Positions 38,510-52,300 of a stretch of DNA of 64,000 bases are shown here, one piece after another (position 1 is the stretch's first letter; every line of letters starts with the position of its first letter). The notes under the pieces were generated by a model, which saw only the letters and a program-made list of their open reading frames with translations, was not told the origin of the DNA and ran no database searches. The stretch lies in the NCBI GenBank assembly GCA_010093705.1, contig MU006119.1, positions 11,002 to 75,001 on the forward strand, written 5' to 3'. The stretch comes from Patellaria atrata CBS 101060. Lineage: Eukaryota. The position numbers were made by a program, and so were the translations under genes.

Positions 38510-39483
38510 AGATACGACCTGTTTCAGTGGACATCAGCAACGATTACGCCCTTGAGGTTCAAGTGAGATGAAACAGGTGGAATGACAAAGTTTCAAGTCC
38601 GGGTTGAAGTCGTGAGAATGAGAAGCGAGAGATACTAGGCAGGGTAGCGAATTCCGAACTGAAAGTTCCGTCGGACCGGAATTGTGCGGAGTACGAGTTA
38701 TGCGGAGTACCAAAGAGCGTGAAGATGTCGACGATGGACTGACGGTTGAATGCTGCAGAAGAGTGACGTACCGTAGGGGGAAGGTAAATGTGTGGTTGAT
38801 AGAGGAGCTATCGAGTGCGTAATTAAGATCGATCTGATTGGAGAGCCGTCAGTTAAATGTGCTCTTTGCGTTTGACGAGCTCGGGTCATTTGATTGGAGT
38901 TTCGGTAGTAAAACATGCAAAGTAAGTGAAGTAGCTGAGGTAGCTGAAGTGAGTGAAGCACGTGAAACATGTGAAGGGAGTCAATGTCAAAGTTGGACCG
39001 TCGAGTTTCGGCAACGTCCCGTCGAGGACTGAGAAGGGTGTTCACTCCACATACCTGGGGAAGGTCTGACTGTTGAAAATGACAGAGAGTAGCCGGATTG
39101 CAAGAAAAGTCCTGATAATTTTGTCTCGTCAGCCAGAGGGGAACAACAGAGGGGCCGCTTGAAGATGTGGGACGAACGTTTGAGGAGGAAAGCTACAAAG
39201 AATGTCTGGCTTTGAGCTGGTGGAGGAATTTGTTGTAGTTGGTGCTGTTGTTGTGCTTGTTGGAAGAAAAAAAAGTGAGTTGGAAGAAAAGGATTTGAGA
39301 GGGAGGAAAAGAGTTGGAGGGAAGATATAATCGGAGGGTGAGGTAGCAGTTAGCTCCTGCTGGTGGGGAGCAGAAAACGGAAGTGGCAAGAACTCGAAGG
39401 GGAAGTTCACGATGCATGACGGGGACCTGGGGGGGATGGGATTCTTTTGAGCTTGGTGGAGGTAAAGCAGGTACAATACAGAC

Positions 39484-39707
39484 ACTGTACTGTACTGTAC
39501 CTTACCTTACCTTACCTTACCTTACCTTGCCTTGCTTTACCAAACAACCTAAGCAAGAATGGAAATCCTAAGTAGGAAAGTTGAACCCACAAAAAGGATA
39601 CCGTAAAGAACGGAACACTTCCACAATAACCTCAGGTACCGTCGTCGTCGTCGTCGTCGTCGTCGTCTTCGTCGCAGGTTCAGCCTCAGCCTCAGCCTCA
39701 GCCTCAG
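39484..39707. repeat. Cluster of microsatellites: (TACTG)n/(TACCT)n, (GTC)n, (CAGCCT)n
   Basis: Directly visible at 39484-39533, 39640-39673 and 39681-39707. Confidence 0.9.
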
Positions 39708-40323
39708 CTTAACCTAATATTCCTGCTCTTGAAACCTGTTACCTATCGTGTCCAGTGCAATTCGACCTGAGGTGAGGGTTGAATTAGTACCTTAAGGTAC
39801 CTTCCGTTAGCTGTACGGTGAATCGTTCCAAGGCTGACCCGCGCTTGCTTCAAAATAATTGAACGAGATGCAAGAGAGCAACTATCTCTTGCCCTTGGTA
39901 TGATCCAGGTAAGGTAGGTATGACGATTTTCTAAATATACTGACACTTTAAGCTAGATATGGCAATAGCAATGTCTGGTTGATAAGGTACAGTGAAAACT
40001 GAACTGAAAACTTCGATCCACACAAGAGAGGAGAGGAAAGGAAAATGATGGGTAGGGAAGTGGAGGAAAGAGGGTGAGGTGTGGATTTTATCTTGAAAGC
40101 ACCAGCCTAGAAATGGATTTCATGTGGAGGTTGAGTGCTTTTGGAGGCTTCTCTTGTGTTCCCAGCTCGCAGCTTGCAGTTATCAGAGAAATTACAACAG
40201 ATATCAATAAGGTTAAAGTATCCAATTCTGCCCATCATGTCGGATATGCCGCTAGGCGCCCATACTTACCTATTCATGCGTCTCTTGCACACGAGCGAAA
40301 ACCATTTGACATCTTCCACGTTT

Positions 40324-40428
40324 CTACTACTACTGCTGCTGCTGCTGCTGCTGTTGCTGCTGTTGCTACTGATGTAGCTGCTGCTGTTGCTGTAGCTGCT
40401 GCTGTCGCTGTCGCTGTTGCTGTTGCTG
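40324..40428. repeat. Imperfect (CTG/CTA/TTG)n trinucleotide repeat
   Basis: Directly visible. Confidence 0.9.
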
Positions 40429-42476
40429 AGTCTTTCCCTCTCCTGAGTTGTCATTCTAAACCCCCTCTAATCTGCCCAAGGTAGGAATAAGGATTAGGCT
40501 GGCCAGAGGGACCATTAGATTATCTCAAGTGCAATAAGTGTACAGTACCTGCGGATTCTTAGGGCGTTTTGACGTCAACCGGCCTCAAAGACGCGCAGTA
40601 ACTCACGGGCTATAGTAGCATCCCCACACCTGGCTCGTAGAGAAGAAAAGGTAGCTTTGCCATATTTTGACTATATCCCTAGACAACCATACTGACAAGA
40701 GTATAGCTGCTGTACCCCCAGGTAGCCCTGTACATCTGCACCATCGGTTTTAGTAGTCGAACACGACAGAGAATCCGGACAGGAATCTGGATTCTGACAC
40801 TGGATTGACGCTGCAGCCTTGTATCAAACCCAAATCTCTTTGAATGATCCATATACGGTTTACTTTTGCAGGGATATTCGTGTATACTGGTTCAGTTCGA
40901 CTACTGCAGATGAGCATTTCTCCGTAGTGCTGAGATGTGTTTCCTCATCCTCAATACACAAAAGGGTGGACTCATTGCTCTCTGAGAGATGCAATCAATG
41001 GTGTATTCAATGATTGGGACAAGGATGTGCAATCCGGATGGACTGCGTGCATGTCTTTTATGATAGTTGCGTTGCCGACTTGAAAGAGCGCTGGGGCTCA
41101 AAGGGGGAGGAGAAATCGAGAGGCGAGGCGGTCGTGTCCCACAGTATAATATCACACGACTATACAACACAAATCAATGACCTGTACGACATAGGAAAGT
41201 GCATTTTGTACGAATCAGATGGATGTATGGTTGCGCAACGCGAAAAACGGATGAAAAATTCTGTGGTCGTTGAAAAGTCGTTTCGGCTAGTTCTAACCAA
41301 CTGTTCAAAGATGATCCGGGTTTAAGAGATGCACATAGCCGCTTCGAGGCATCTTTAAGGAGATGTACTACCTTACCATTCAGAAGGGAAGCTCCCCCTA
41401 ACCTACCGACTTCGTCTAGGACGGAGACACATCAGCTGCAGTTGTGTCATCGGTGCAATGCGAGATAAATATCAGGTTAGTGCATGGATATACCACTTCT
41501 TCAAATTCGCCGAGAAGCGTTCAAGAAAAAGGATCTGCTGTATGAAGTGCACTTTTCGAATACATTGTTTCAGGCCATTCTATTGCCAGTTCTCATTTCA
41601 GAGAGAGTCCCCGTCGCTGCCGTCATGCTTTTCTCCCTGGAAGACTGGGATGATAAAATGATGGAGCTCAAAGAAGTGACATATCACAAAAATTGACTGG
41701 AACCGGATGCAACGGAGGCCATGTTGACGGATGAGTGTTCCAGTACGATGAGGTGTACGTGTAACTGAAACCAGGCCCTCAAGTATTGATGGCGTTTTAT
41801 GAATTTGTTACCGTATCGCAAGAATCAAGCTTCCAATTCGGACACCTCAGATATATATCAAAATCAGAGATCCAATTCCGGCATCTACCCGTTTCCTGAT
41901 TCCAGGTCCTCGGGTCAAATTGACGATCTGATTCCGGGAGGAAAAAGGAAACAATAAAAGTAAGATAATGCGACAAGTTGCAAAAAGTAGAATTACCCAA
42001 TATATTTGATCTTTCTCAAACTGCACGTGACTCCCCCGGTAGTACTCGTCGCATCAGTAATGGGTCTGAGAAGCAACGGGCTCGATTGATCAAACTTGTT
42101 AGGCTCAGCTACTTCCTTTGCACATACCTTACCTTACTATCGTTTGTAAGTTCAGTATACAAAGCATCGCATGTCCCGCCAAACGTGCCACAAAAAGATC
42201 TTCGGCCATGCTAATAATGCGATCTCTTTTCACGTCCCCAGCAGAGTGTTACCTTCCGGGACCGCATTATGCACGATCGTTGCGCAAAGGTTGTAGAGAT
42301 GCTCATATCTTAAAAATTAGATACACCTATGTGAAGCTTCTAAGAATAAAGGATGCTGCGCTCTGCATAACCATTCCCACATTAATGCAGCCAATCGCCA
42401 ATCTATGAGTGAGGGGACGAACAATATGTAACACCGTGGAAGCAACCGTAAATAACATCAGATCGTTATACTTCCC

Positions 42477-44617
42477 TTATGACCACACATCTTCCTGATA
42501 TTGATTCGACGCCCTCATCGCCTTCACAATTTCCTCTCCCTTGGATGCTGGTATACCTCTCTGCTGACTGATGATATCGCCAAGGAGAGAATTCACGTCC
42601 CGCGCCATGTTTGCAGCATCACCGCAGACGTAGAAGTACGCCTTCTGTTTCAAAAGTTCATCAATTTCGCTTGCGACTTCTTTCATCTTGTCCTGGACGT
42701 AGACCTTTTGTGGGCCATCACGTGAAAATGCAACTTTGAGGTCGAAACTGTCGCCCAAGTCCTTCTTGTATTGCTGAGATTTTAGTGTTAGCAAAGTCCC
42801 CCATGACGCTTTAAGATAGGCGATAACCATACCTCCCATTCCGACTGATACAAGAAATCTTCCGACTTCCTCCTACAGCCGAAGAAGAGGAGCGTCTTTC
42901 CAACCTTGTGGCCCTCCCTCGCCAATGCAGCTCGTTCTTGAACGAATCCTCTGAAGGGAGCAACGCCAGTCCCGGGACCAACCATGATGATCGGTTTCGA
43001 CGGATCCGACGGTAGCTTGAAGTTTGAATGACGAATATGGACTGGTACATGGACACCATCGTACTTGTTACGAGGCCCCGAGAGAGCATAGTTCAGTCCG
43101 TGAGGGTCTGGGTCGGGGTCGCCGTGCTGTTTCTGCTTCAAAGCTAACAGATAGTTCGTAGTTACGCCTTTGACAACATAAGGCGCACCTGGCCTCTCAA
43201 TCGACTCTACCACCGCCGTGATCGAGACCTTATCTTTCTGTACGTGGGATGAGGAGGAGATCGAATAGTAACGAGGTTGAATTTTGTGTAGACCTTCAAT
43301 GAACATCGAGAACGGCACCTTAGACCATGCTTGGCCTTTGCTCATTGTCTGGAGTAGCTGCGCGATGTTTAGATTGCGGTTAGTAACATTTTCCTGGAAA
43401 TAGTCCTTGTCGTCTCCCAATTTTGCCATCTCAGCTTTGATTTCTTCGGTGGGGGCGAAAGGAGCGAGCGAGGCTAAAAACTGTCTCGAAATGGGAGCAC
43501 AGATCTCCATATGATAACGTACAACAGCGTCGTAAGTTGTAGGGGAGGGAAATGGTACTTTTGCGGTAGGATCTAATCCTTTGACGCTGATGACCATATG
43601 ACGCTTCGAGTCGAGGCCGACGGCAGACAAGAACCGGTCCACCTCTTTACCTGCATTCGTGGGCCAGACCGCAACATGGTCACCGGTAGTATAGGATAGA
43701 TTTGAGGAGCTGATGTCAATTTCCATATGTAGGCAATTACGATCTTTTGCAGTGAATATTTCCTTGGACTCTGCGATAGGGGCAACGTAAGGATTATGAG
43801 CGTTATATGGACCTTTGGATGTCCCTTCCAGGTGGTTCTTGTTCGGTTCGCCGAGATAAACAGTATCTTCGTTGGGATCCATGTCCGGCTCTTCCACAAC
43901 ATCAAAGACTGGCTCGTAAACCGCTTCACGCTCTTCCAGCCCCATCGCGGATGACAGCGCAACCCACATCGGTTCCTTCCAAGCTAGGAAATCCTCCTCC
44001 ATGGTACCAGCGCCATCGTCGCCCTCACCAGCTGTGCCTATCCTTGTGGCGCCCAGCTTCTCAAGGGCGGCATTCACATTTCGCACCATAGAATTGTAAT
44101 GCTCATATGTATTGTTGCCGAGACCGAAAGCGACATATTTAAGATTGTTCAAGGGATTCTCGTCCGTACTTTCACTGAAGCTCACTTCTTCGCCATTGAT
44201 GAATTCGTAAAAGTCAACCGCGTTGTCCGTGGGCTCACCTTCACCATAAGTCGCAAGGATGAAGAAAGCTACCTTGTCTTCTGGGAACGTGTCGAGATTC
44301 TCGTAGTCGTAATCTTCTAGATCCGCAACCATTGTCTTTAGACCGAATCGAGACTGACCCTCCTTCGCAAGCCGGGAGGCATAATCCTCCGCAGTCCCGG
44401 TTTGTGAGCCGTAAAAGACAACACAATTCTTCCCACTTTCCTCCATCTTTTCGATGATATTCCGTGATTTGCCCGTTCTTATGCCATTGGCTTGAGCTAA
44501 GGAGTTCCCGTACGGATCGTTATGTACAGCCCAGTAGGTTCCTTTGGTGAAATAGGCCACGGTACCTAGCAAGAGTGCCACAAGGACCACCACATCTAAC
44601 GTATCTAGTTGTGCCAT
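42477..44617 (-). CDS. cprA: NADPH-cytochrome P450 reductase
   Basis: N-terminal TM anchor, FYGSQTGTAE, ATYGEGEPTDNA, PRYYSISSS, GPGTGVAPF, C-terminal YQEDVWS; intron ~42774-42832. Confidence 0.97.
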
Positions 44618-46138
44618 TGTGATGTCCGCTCTCTGCTGACAAGCAGATGTCCACTCGAAGCGGCGACGAGTTTCGGTAAAGGGATTTATCGGTCGGTGCG
44701 GAGGGCGATGGTGGAGTGCAAGTGTCAAGTGCGAATATATCTGTATTGTCAACAGATCAGCGATTTCGGGATACCGTGCCTGAGTGGCGGCGAAGGCAGA
44801 TGATAGTGGGGGCCAACGAGCGTAAGGTTGTTCGGGTGTTTGATAGTGCCGGGTGAGGAGGAAGAAGGTGTGTTACCGGCCCGGAACTTTGATTTCTTTT
44901 TGTTTTGTTGACAGCAGACAGGAAATTATACTCTCTCACATAGAAGTACGCGATGAGGGATTGTCGCGTATTCGTAAAATGTACAGAATGGAGAATAGGT
45001 AGGGAGATGATTTGGATGGGAAAAATAGAGTGTCAGGAAGTGATAGGGCAGGATGAAAGTACCTTTTTTGGTGTGGGCTGTCTGTACAGGTAAAGATGGT
45101 CCTGAGGATACAAAAGATTTTACCTAGGGACTGGATATTTCTTAATAAGATCTTTAATTGGTCTCAGTTTCTTATAATCGTGAAAACGAAATCCGAACTT
45201 TGAGATTTAACATATAAAAGTTTACGCATCCATTTTTACCGGTAGACATTTCCCATCACTTTTTCGAGGATAGGTACCCACGGGCTCTGTTCCTCTGTAC
45301 AGTGTCTAAAAGGTATGATTATATGGCACCACCTCACTCGTTTTACCCTACTGTACAGAAAGTACGGAGTACGGAGCTAGAACTACAGTATAAAGATCCT
45401 TTTAGGAGAAGAAATTCAATGCCGGTGAGTGCTGCTCTCCCGCTGTCGGGTGCCTTGGCCGGCTTCCAAGTCTGCCGGGCAGAATGCCGTAACTTATGAA
45501 AATTTGCCGAAAAATACTTCTAGAAACCTTGATCCGCGACATTTTCCATCCGTGTCGGCCTCATCAACATCGATTTCTAAACCTCTCAGACGGGAGACAT
45601 CCACGGGTGTCTTACAATAGTTACCGATATAGTAGACCTGATAGCTTATGATAAGGTAAGAGGTAAGATAGGTTGTATTTGAGGAACAAAATCTCTTATG
45701 ACTATCCGACATTTTCGTCTCCTTTACAAGTACAACGCAGGTAATGCGAACGTTTATGCAGTAGTACTGTATAGTAGAACTTCTGTCGTTTAATGAGGCC
45801 CCAAAAGGGCTTCCATTCTTATCACAAAAGGTATAATACAGAACATCCAACGATACCGTATTCCATGAAGAAGAAGTTTTGACACCACCCGTACCCGACT
45901 GTACCACCTCAGAATTGAGGTTCGGTTAGTGGAGGTTTGGGCCGTTTGCTCTTCCCATAAATAGATATAGTGTGCACTGGTGCGTGCTTACCTTTTTCGA
46001 CCTGAAGTGTTTCAATGCCAGGGGCAGTGAACACTTTCCAGGGGATTAATAAGGTATTCCATAGGTTCCATTATTGCACTTCTCGTCTGAAACTACCTTA
46101 AGGTACTGGTATTACCCGTAGAACTACCATACAGAAAC

Positions 46139-46140
46139 TA

Positions 46141-46171
<31 letters not shown>

Positions 46172-46182
46172 TGATAATAATG

Positions 46183-46261
<79 letters not shown>
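46139..46261. repeat. (AAT)n microsatellite, ~40 units with a few GAT interruptions
   Basis: Directly visible. Confidence 0.97.
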
Positions 46262-46262
<1 letters not shown>

Positions 46263-46390
46263 GAAACAGCTATACATCAAGCTCTCTGACTATGGAAAAT
46301 CACTCTTCTAATAATCCTATCGATCATGACCCTGCCACTTTCATCATCTCCTCGAAGAAACCAGCATAGGTAGTTCAAGAAGAGCGCGGG

Positions 46391-49300
46391 ATGTGTGAGT
46401 CCTAGACCTCTACCTTATTTTTCTCCTTTCCGCAACCCTAGAGTGAAAGCAGAACACATCTTCTCACTAATATAGGCACCTACACAGAAAGCGAGAATCT
46501 GACATGAACGGACATTAAATTACTGACTGCGGATGTTCCCAACAGCTGCTCCCCCTTCTAGAAACCTGTTGCACAATGCTGAACACCCAACGAACCCCTC
46601 CATCCAGACGACACAACATTCGCGAGAATCGTCCATGACACGAGGGAGAGCTCTCACGGCTGGTAGTGCTCGTGGTAATTCTCCTCGCGAGCAGACGCCT
46701 GCCCTAGGTCCTCCGAAGATAGGTCCTAGCCCAGATGGAGGAGGACTGGAAAGGAAAGCTTCCCTCTCGTACGGCCACCACCGTCAAACGTCGATTGTTC
46801 ACGGTATACAGCATTCCCGTAATACCAGTTTCGTCAACTCGCCCTCTACTAGCCCATTGAGCCCTCAAATAATCGCGGCTGCCGGCGTGGCTGCGTCCAC
46901 CCTTGGGCCAGACGGCACCATGACCGGGGAGGATACAAGAGAGATGTCTTTGACTAGTCCTTCGGTAGTGAGCATAGTCACATCCAAACTGTCAAGTCAA
47001 ACATCGACCCTTGTCAGCGATCGTGCTATTGTGGATGGTTCTATACCTTCAGGGCAAAGAAGGGCGGAACGTATGCATAGTGGGAAGCTCAGCCGCGATC
47101 ACGCTCGTTCTCAGTCACGGCATCACCATCACCAGCAAGATCTCAAGACTGTCGGGGAGTATGCGCTACATCACCTTTTCAATTCGGTGAGCTTATAATA
47201 TCTCGGCTTTTACGCGAATGCGAGCGAATGCTAACAGGGTTCAGTTTGTAGGACAAGCTGACCAAAAAATAAACCAATGCCTTGCAGAGTCGAAAGACAT
47301 TGAGCCGAGGGTTGAACTTATGTGTGGACCTGGGGTTGACCCAAGTTTTGACCAGCTTATATCGGCATTAAGCCATATCGCGCGACACAAACCTAAACCC
47401 TTGATTGACACTTTGATGTTTTGGCGTAAAGCTAAGGGAGAAGCCGCGACCAATGCAAGAAATGAGCTGAATCAGGTATGGGACTCGTACTACTGTACTG
47501 TTCAAGTGCTGATGACGGTGAGAGCCAGACGGCGATCAATTCTCCGAATGGTACGCTCCCTCGCCGTAATACGGAACCGGTTCAAGCCGGAGTGGATAGC
47601 CAGACGCTCCCTTCAGTCCAGACACCTCATGATATTCTCATAACGCGCCAGAATGCCGTGATTCAGACGGAGAGGCAGTCAACAATCGCAATATACTTGC
47701 TATGTCGAGTTCTTATGGAGATCATAAGCCAGAGCACTCTTGCTTCCCTTACACCTGAAATGGCGAAACGGCTCGAAGATATCATATATGACAAGTTGAT
47801 ACACACCCAGCCCGAAACATTGGAAGAATCGCCTCTCAAGCATGCGAATTGGCTTATTTTTAGCCAGTTACTCGGGGTTATGAGCACCATTAATTTCGAC
47901 AAGGTATCTGCTAGGTTTCTGGCCAGTCTGAAAGATTCTCACATTCATCTTGACGCAAAGGGTGTGGGAAGTCGGGATATCCAACTCCGTGCTGCATTAT
48001 ATGTTAGAGGGATGAAGCATCTCAAGTTGCCACTCTATCCTGATACCGCGTGGGAACAATCTTGCGAGTTCATGGTATCGCTATCGCGGCTTTTTTTTGA
48101 CGTCCATGGGCAAATTATTAAACTTGCATATTGCCAGCTATTCATGGACTTGCTACCCCCGGTCGCTGCGAATGCGACGTCTCAATTGAACACGACCAAG
48201 TGGAAATCTGCGGTCGAACCCATCAAGACACGCCTGGCCCAGATGCTAATGAAACCGAAGTATTGGCAAGACTGCTTTCCTTCACTGGCACTTCTCACCT
48301 GTGTGTCTCCTTCAGATGTTTTCAGCTCCCAATGGCTGCAGCTGATAATGCCATTACAACCTAAATTAAAGGAACGTTCGACTCGTGCTGTCGCGCTTAG
48401 TGCTATCTGTCGATTGGTTTGGACCTATCTATATCGAAACTCAGAAGTCCCGAGTGTAGCAGCACAGAAGTTAAACGAAGTCATTCGGTTAGTATTTCAA
48501 CCTGGCAAGCGGTCATATCTATCTACTGAGGTCACGATCGCGGAACCTCTGGTCCAACTGATCCGCATTATCGGGTTCAAGCATCGGGATATTTGCTTCA
48601 AGCACATCATATTCCCTTTAATGAATTCTGAGCAGTTCAGTTCCGGCAAAGACCTTAGGGCGGAAAACTTAGAACCTGAGAGAATAGTCATAGGGATCAG
48701 AGCTTTTCTTGCGATAATGACCGACCTTGAGAAGGGCGAAGAGCCGTCATTTCCTGTTAGCTTTACCAGTGATCCTTATGTCGAAATTTTTGAACCACCA
48801 GCTTTCCTGGCCCCTACTCGTCCTGTAATGCAAGCAACTACTAAATCATCCACTCTGAAAGAAGAAAGACTATCAAGACCCGTCATGATAAATGGCTTTG
48901 ATGACATAGTGAAAGAATCATATATCAAATTCTGCAAAATCCTTGGGGAGATTACTATCATATGTGATAACACGTTTGGTGGCCAAGCTGTACTTGATGA
49001 GAAGTTTTCAATTCAAACGCCAAAGACCCCAATGGCGGATGCGTTCAGTTTTGCTCGTAGGGATGACTTTCAGACATCTCAGGATTCAAAACAAGGTTAC
49101 TATGATCTGCTACATGTTGCTGTCCAAGCACTTCCTCGCTGCTTACCTCCGAATATCAATCTGAATGCTCTTGTGAATCTGCTCTGCACGGGTACAGCTC
49201 ATGTTCAGAGCAATATCGCGGCGTCATCCGCTCAGTCATTAAAGTCGATTGCAAAGCAATCACACGCACAGATCGTAACGATCGGTTTCGCTAGGTTCAT

Positions 49301-52300
49301 ATTCAAATTTGACGATCGTTATGCTACCATGTCCGACGGTGGTTTGCTTGGACCGGATCACATCGAGAGCACACTGAACTTGTATGTCGAACTGTTGCAG
49401 ATATGGATTGAGGAAACGAAACAAAAGATAAAAAAGACATCCGACCCTTGGGAAACCGATAATCTGGGGAATCGAGCGGTCCAGTTGGATTTGACGGCGA
49501 TCTGGAATCACGTTGAAGAGATTGAGTCCCATGGTGTCTTCTTCCTCTGTTCGCCTTCTCGACGTGTTCGAGCATTCGCAGTCACTGTTCTGCGTCTAGT
49601 CACTGAATTTGACACCGCTTTGGGTAAAGATAATACAAGAATCATCCGTATTTTGGAGGGAAATCCACAGAACGTGATGGACATCCACGACGAGAATCTT
49701 TCTCTTGCTGAGCGCAGCAGATTACAAAGAGGGATGAGAAAAAGTAGTGTTCAGGGGAATTTGATAGAGCTTTGCAGTAGCGATATGCTCTACGATACTG
49801 CGCTTTGGTTCAAGGTCTTCCCCAACCTAATACGTCTCACATTCGAGACGTGCCCACTGGCAGTTACATTCACACGTGATATCATTTGCGAAAGATTGAG
49901 TCAAATGCATAGAGCCATAGAAGCTCTGGCTAACGGACCGAGGGCTAATCCCTACCCGACCGCTGACCTACCGTCAACTAATATCGGAGGACGCCTGGCC
50001 ACTACCGCACCGAACGTGGTAATTGAACAGTGGAAGCTGTACCTCATCTTTACCTGTACCACTTTGACAAACGCCGGCGGACAGATTCAGTCACCTAGCC
50101 ACACGATACAGCACAATCGCAAAGGCTCAAAATCATCTCAGAGAAGTCAAGATAAAATTCAGTCTGCTGCTGAGTTGTTTAACAGGGTGCTTCCATTTCT
50201 ATCGGCTAGTAATCCCTCTGTAAGGGAAGCGGTAGTCGTTGGATTGGGATCTATAAACGCGAATCTATATAGACCACTACTCGAGTCATTGCAATTTCAT
50301 GTTGTAACATGTAACGAAGAAGTAAAGATGCGGTTCGGGGGTAATGTGCACCAACGAACTGCCAGTAGTCCCCGTAGGAATCGGCGGACAGACCATTTAC
50401 GCACGGAAATCACACACGTATACAAGCTTACGTCGCATTTTCTGAAGGATCCAGCGATTTATGAGAACGAGTGGATACTTACAAACCTTGTGAATTACAC
50501 CAAAGATCTTCGACTCTTCTTGAATGACGTGGAAGTTCAAAACGAATGGGACTTTCAGAAACTTCGGATGCATTATTGCGGTCTCGTGGAGGAACTGTTC
50601 GAGGGCATAAACCGCACTAAGGACCCGATTAGATGGATGCCATTCCAGTCGCGTAAAGCTGCTTTTGCACTTATGGAAGATTGGTGTGGTTATTCGCCAA
50701 ATCAAAGCCAAATCCGTGCCCGAGAGGATAACATGAGGCGCTCGTTCTTGGATAGAGAACAAGATCTTGGCAAGAGCGGAATCGTGAATGCTGCCATCGA
50801 AATTGAGAAGCGTGACCTCCGGACTGCTGCATTAAGCGCTATGGCGGCGCTTTGCGTAAGTTTGACCCTCCGCTACAATTAACAACTAAACTAAGACGAA
50901 GTAGGGTGGACCAGTTAGCATCACGACGGACAGTAAAGTCACTATGCAGTTCGATGTACGCCGAATGTTATCTTGGATCGATACCATATTCGAGACGCCC
51001 AGTGACCGAACGCATGTCATAGGCCGCAGAGCACTTAAAAACCTCATTGTGCACAATCGGGAGCACCCTTATCTATTAGGAAGGTCAATGGAAATGTGTT
51101 ACCTGTCTAAGACTCCGAAAGCCCTTGAAAGTTACTTTCAGGTCGTAACTCTTGTCCTTACCGAGAGGGAAGACCTTGCTCCTCCATTTTGGAAAACACT
51201 CAGCGCGGGACTATATACGTTAGGAAACGAAAACAACGCTCTGCGGATGAAAGCAGCTCGTTTGCTTCGTACGCTAGAGGAGCGTCAAGAAAAGAACTCA
51301 AAATTGCAAGATCTAGACATTAGTATATCCGACAAGACTATTGCTGTTTATAAGGCAGCACAATTCGACATGTCTTGTAAACTGGCGAAGCAGCACCCGG
51401 AACTAGCATTTCACGTATTTTCCGAATTCTCTTACTACTTCAAGGAACTCCAACCTGATCATCAACGGAATATGGTGGTGGTAATGTTACCCTGGATTCA
51501 GACTATTGAATTACAGCTCGATCCGAACGGCGGGCCAACAGCAAGCTCGTACATGTTACTAGTGAACCTTTTCGAGATAACAGTTCGTTCTGGTACTGTA
51601 TTGCACAATGAGATACAAGCTTTATGGAAAGCGCTAGCGACAGGCGGGCATGCGGGTAATGTTCAGCTCGTCCTTGACTTTATCATTTCCCTCTGTTTGG
51701 ATAAAAGGGAGCAGAACTTTGTCGACTACGCGAAGCAGATAGTTGTCCATCTGTCTGCAACTCCAGCGGGAACGAAGGTTGTAGAATTCCTGTTAATGCA
51801 AATCACACCAAAGGCCATGGTTCTAGAAAAGCGAGAGCCACCACTCGTTCCACAGGACAACTCCTCTCTACCATATTTAGCTGATCTGGGTTCCGTACTT
51901 CCGATCGGCGCGAAGCAGGTAAATTGGATCACTCCATATCATCATCATATTTCTGCTGACGTGCCATAAGGCTGGCTTTTCCCTGGGACAGTTATGTCTC
52001 GTTCTTTTGGTCGACTTGATAGTATCTCCAATGCAATCTGGGAAGCAGAATGTTCCATTACTTCTGCAGGTCGTCCTCATTCTTTGGGATCACTACATCC
52101 CAATTGTTCAGGATCATGCGCGAGAGATGCTTGTGCACCTTATTCATGAGCTGGTCATATCCAAGATTGAAAATGGTAGCACCACTCCCGATAAAAAAAG
52201 TATTGAGGACTTCATCGATTTAGTACGCCGACATGACGCCAGGGTTGTGTGGGCTTACGATGACTACAACGGAAAGGATGATGACGATAGCACAAGCCGA

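Noticed and set aside
40074..40484. Poly-Ala/poly-Leu/poly-Ser ORFs
   Set aside because: Artefacts of the CTG-type microsatellite
41458..41696. Short ORFs in the RRM-cprA gap
   Set aside because: No recognisable domain or splice structure
44618..44752. N-terminal extension of the P450 reductase
   Set aside because: The family normally starts at MAQLD just before the TM anchor; the upstream start is TTG and has no supporting features
46098..46280. Poly-Ile ORF
   Set aside because: Translation of the (AAT)n repeat
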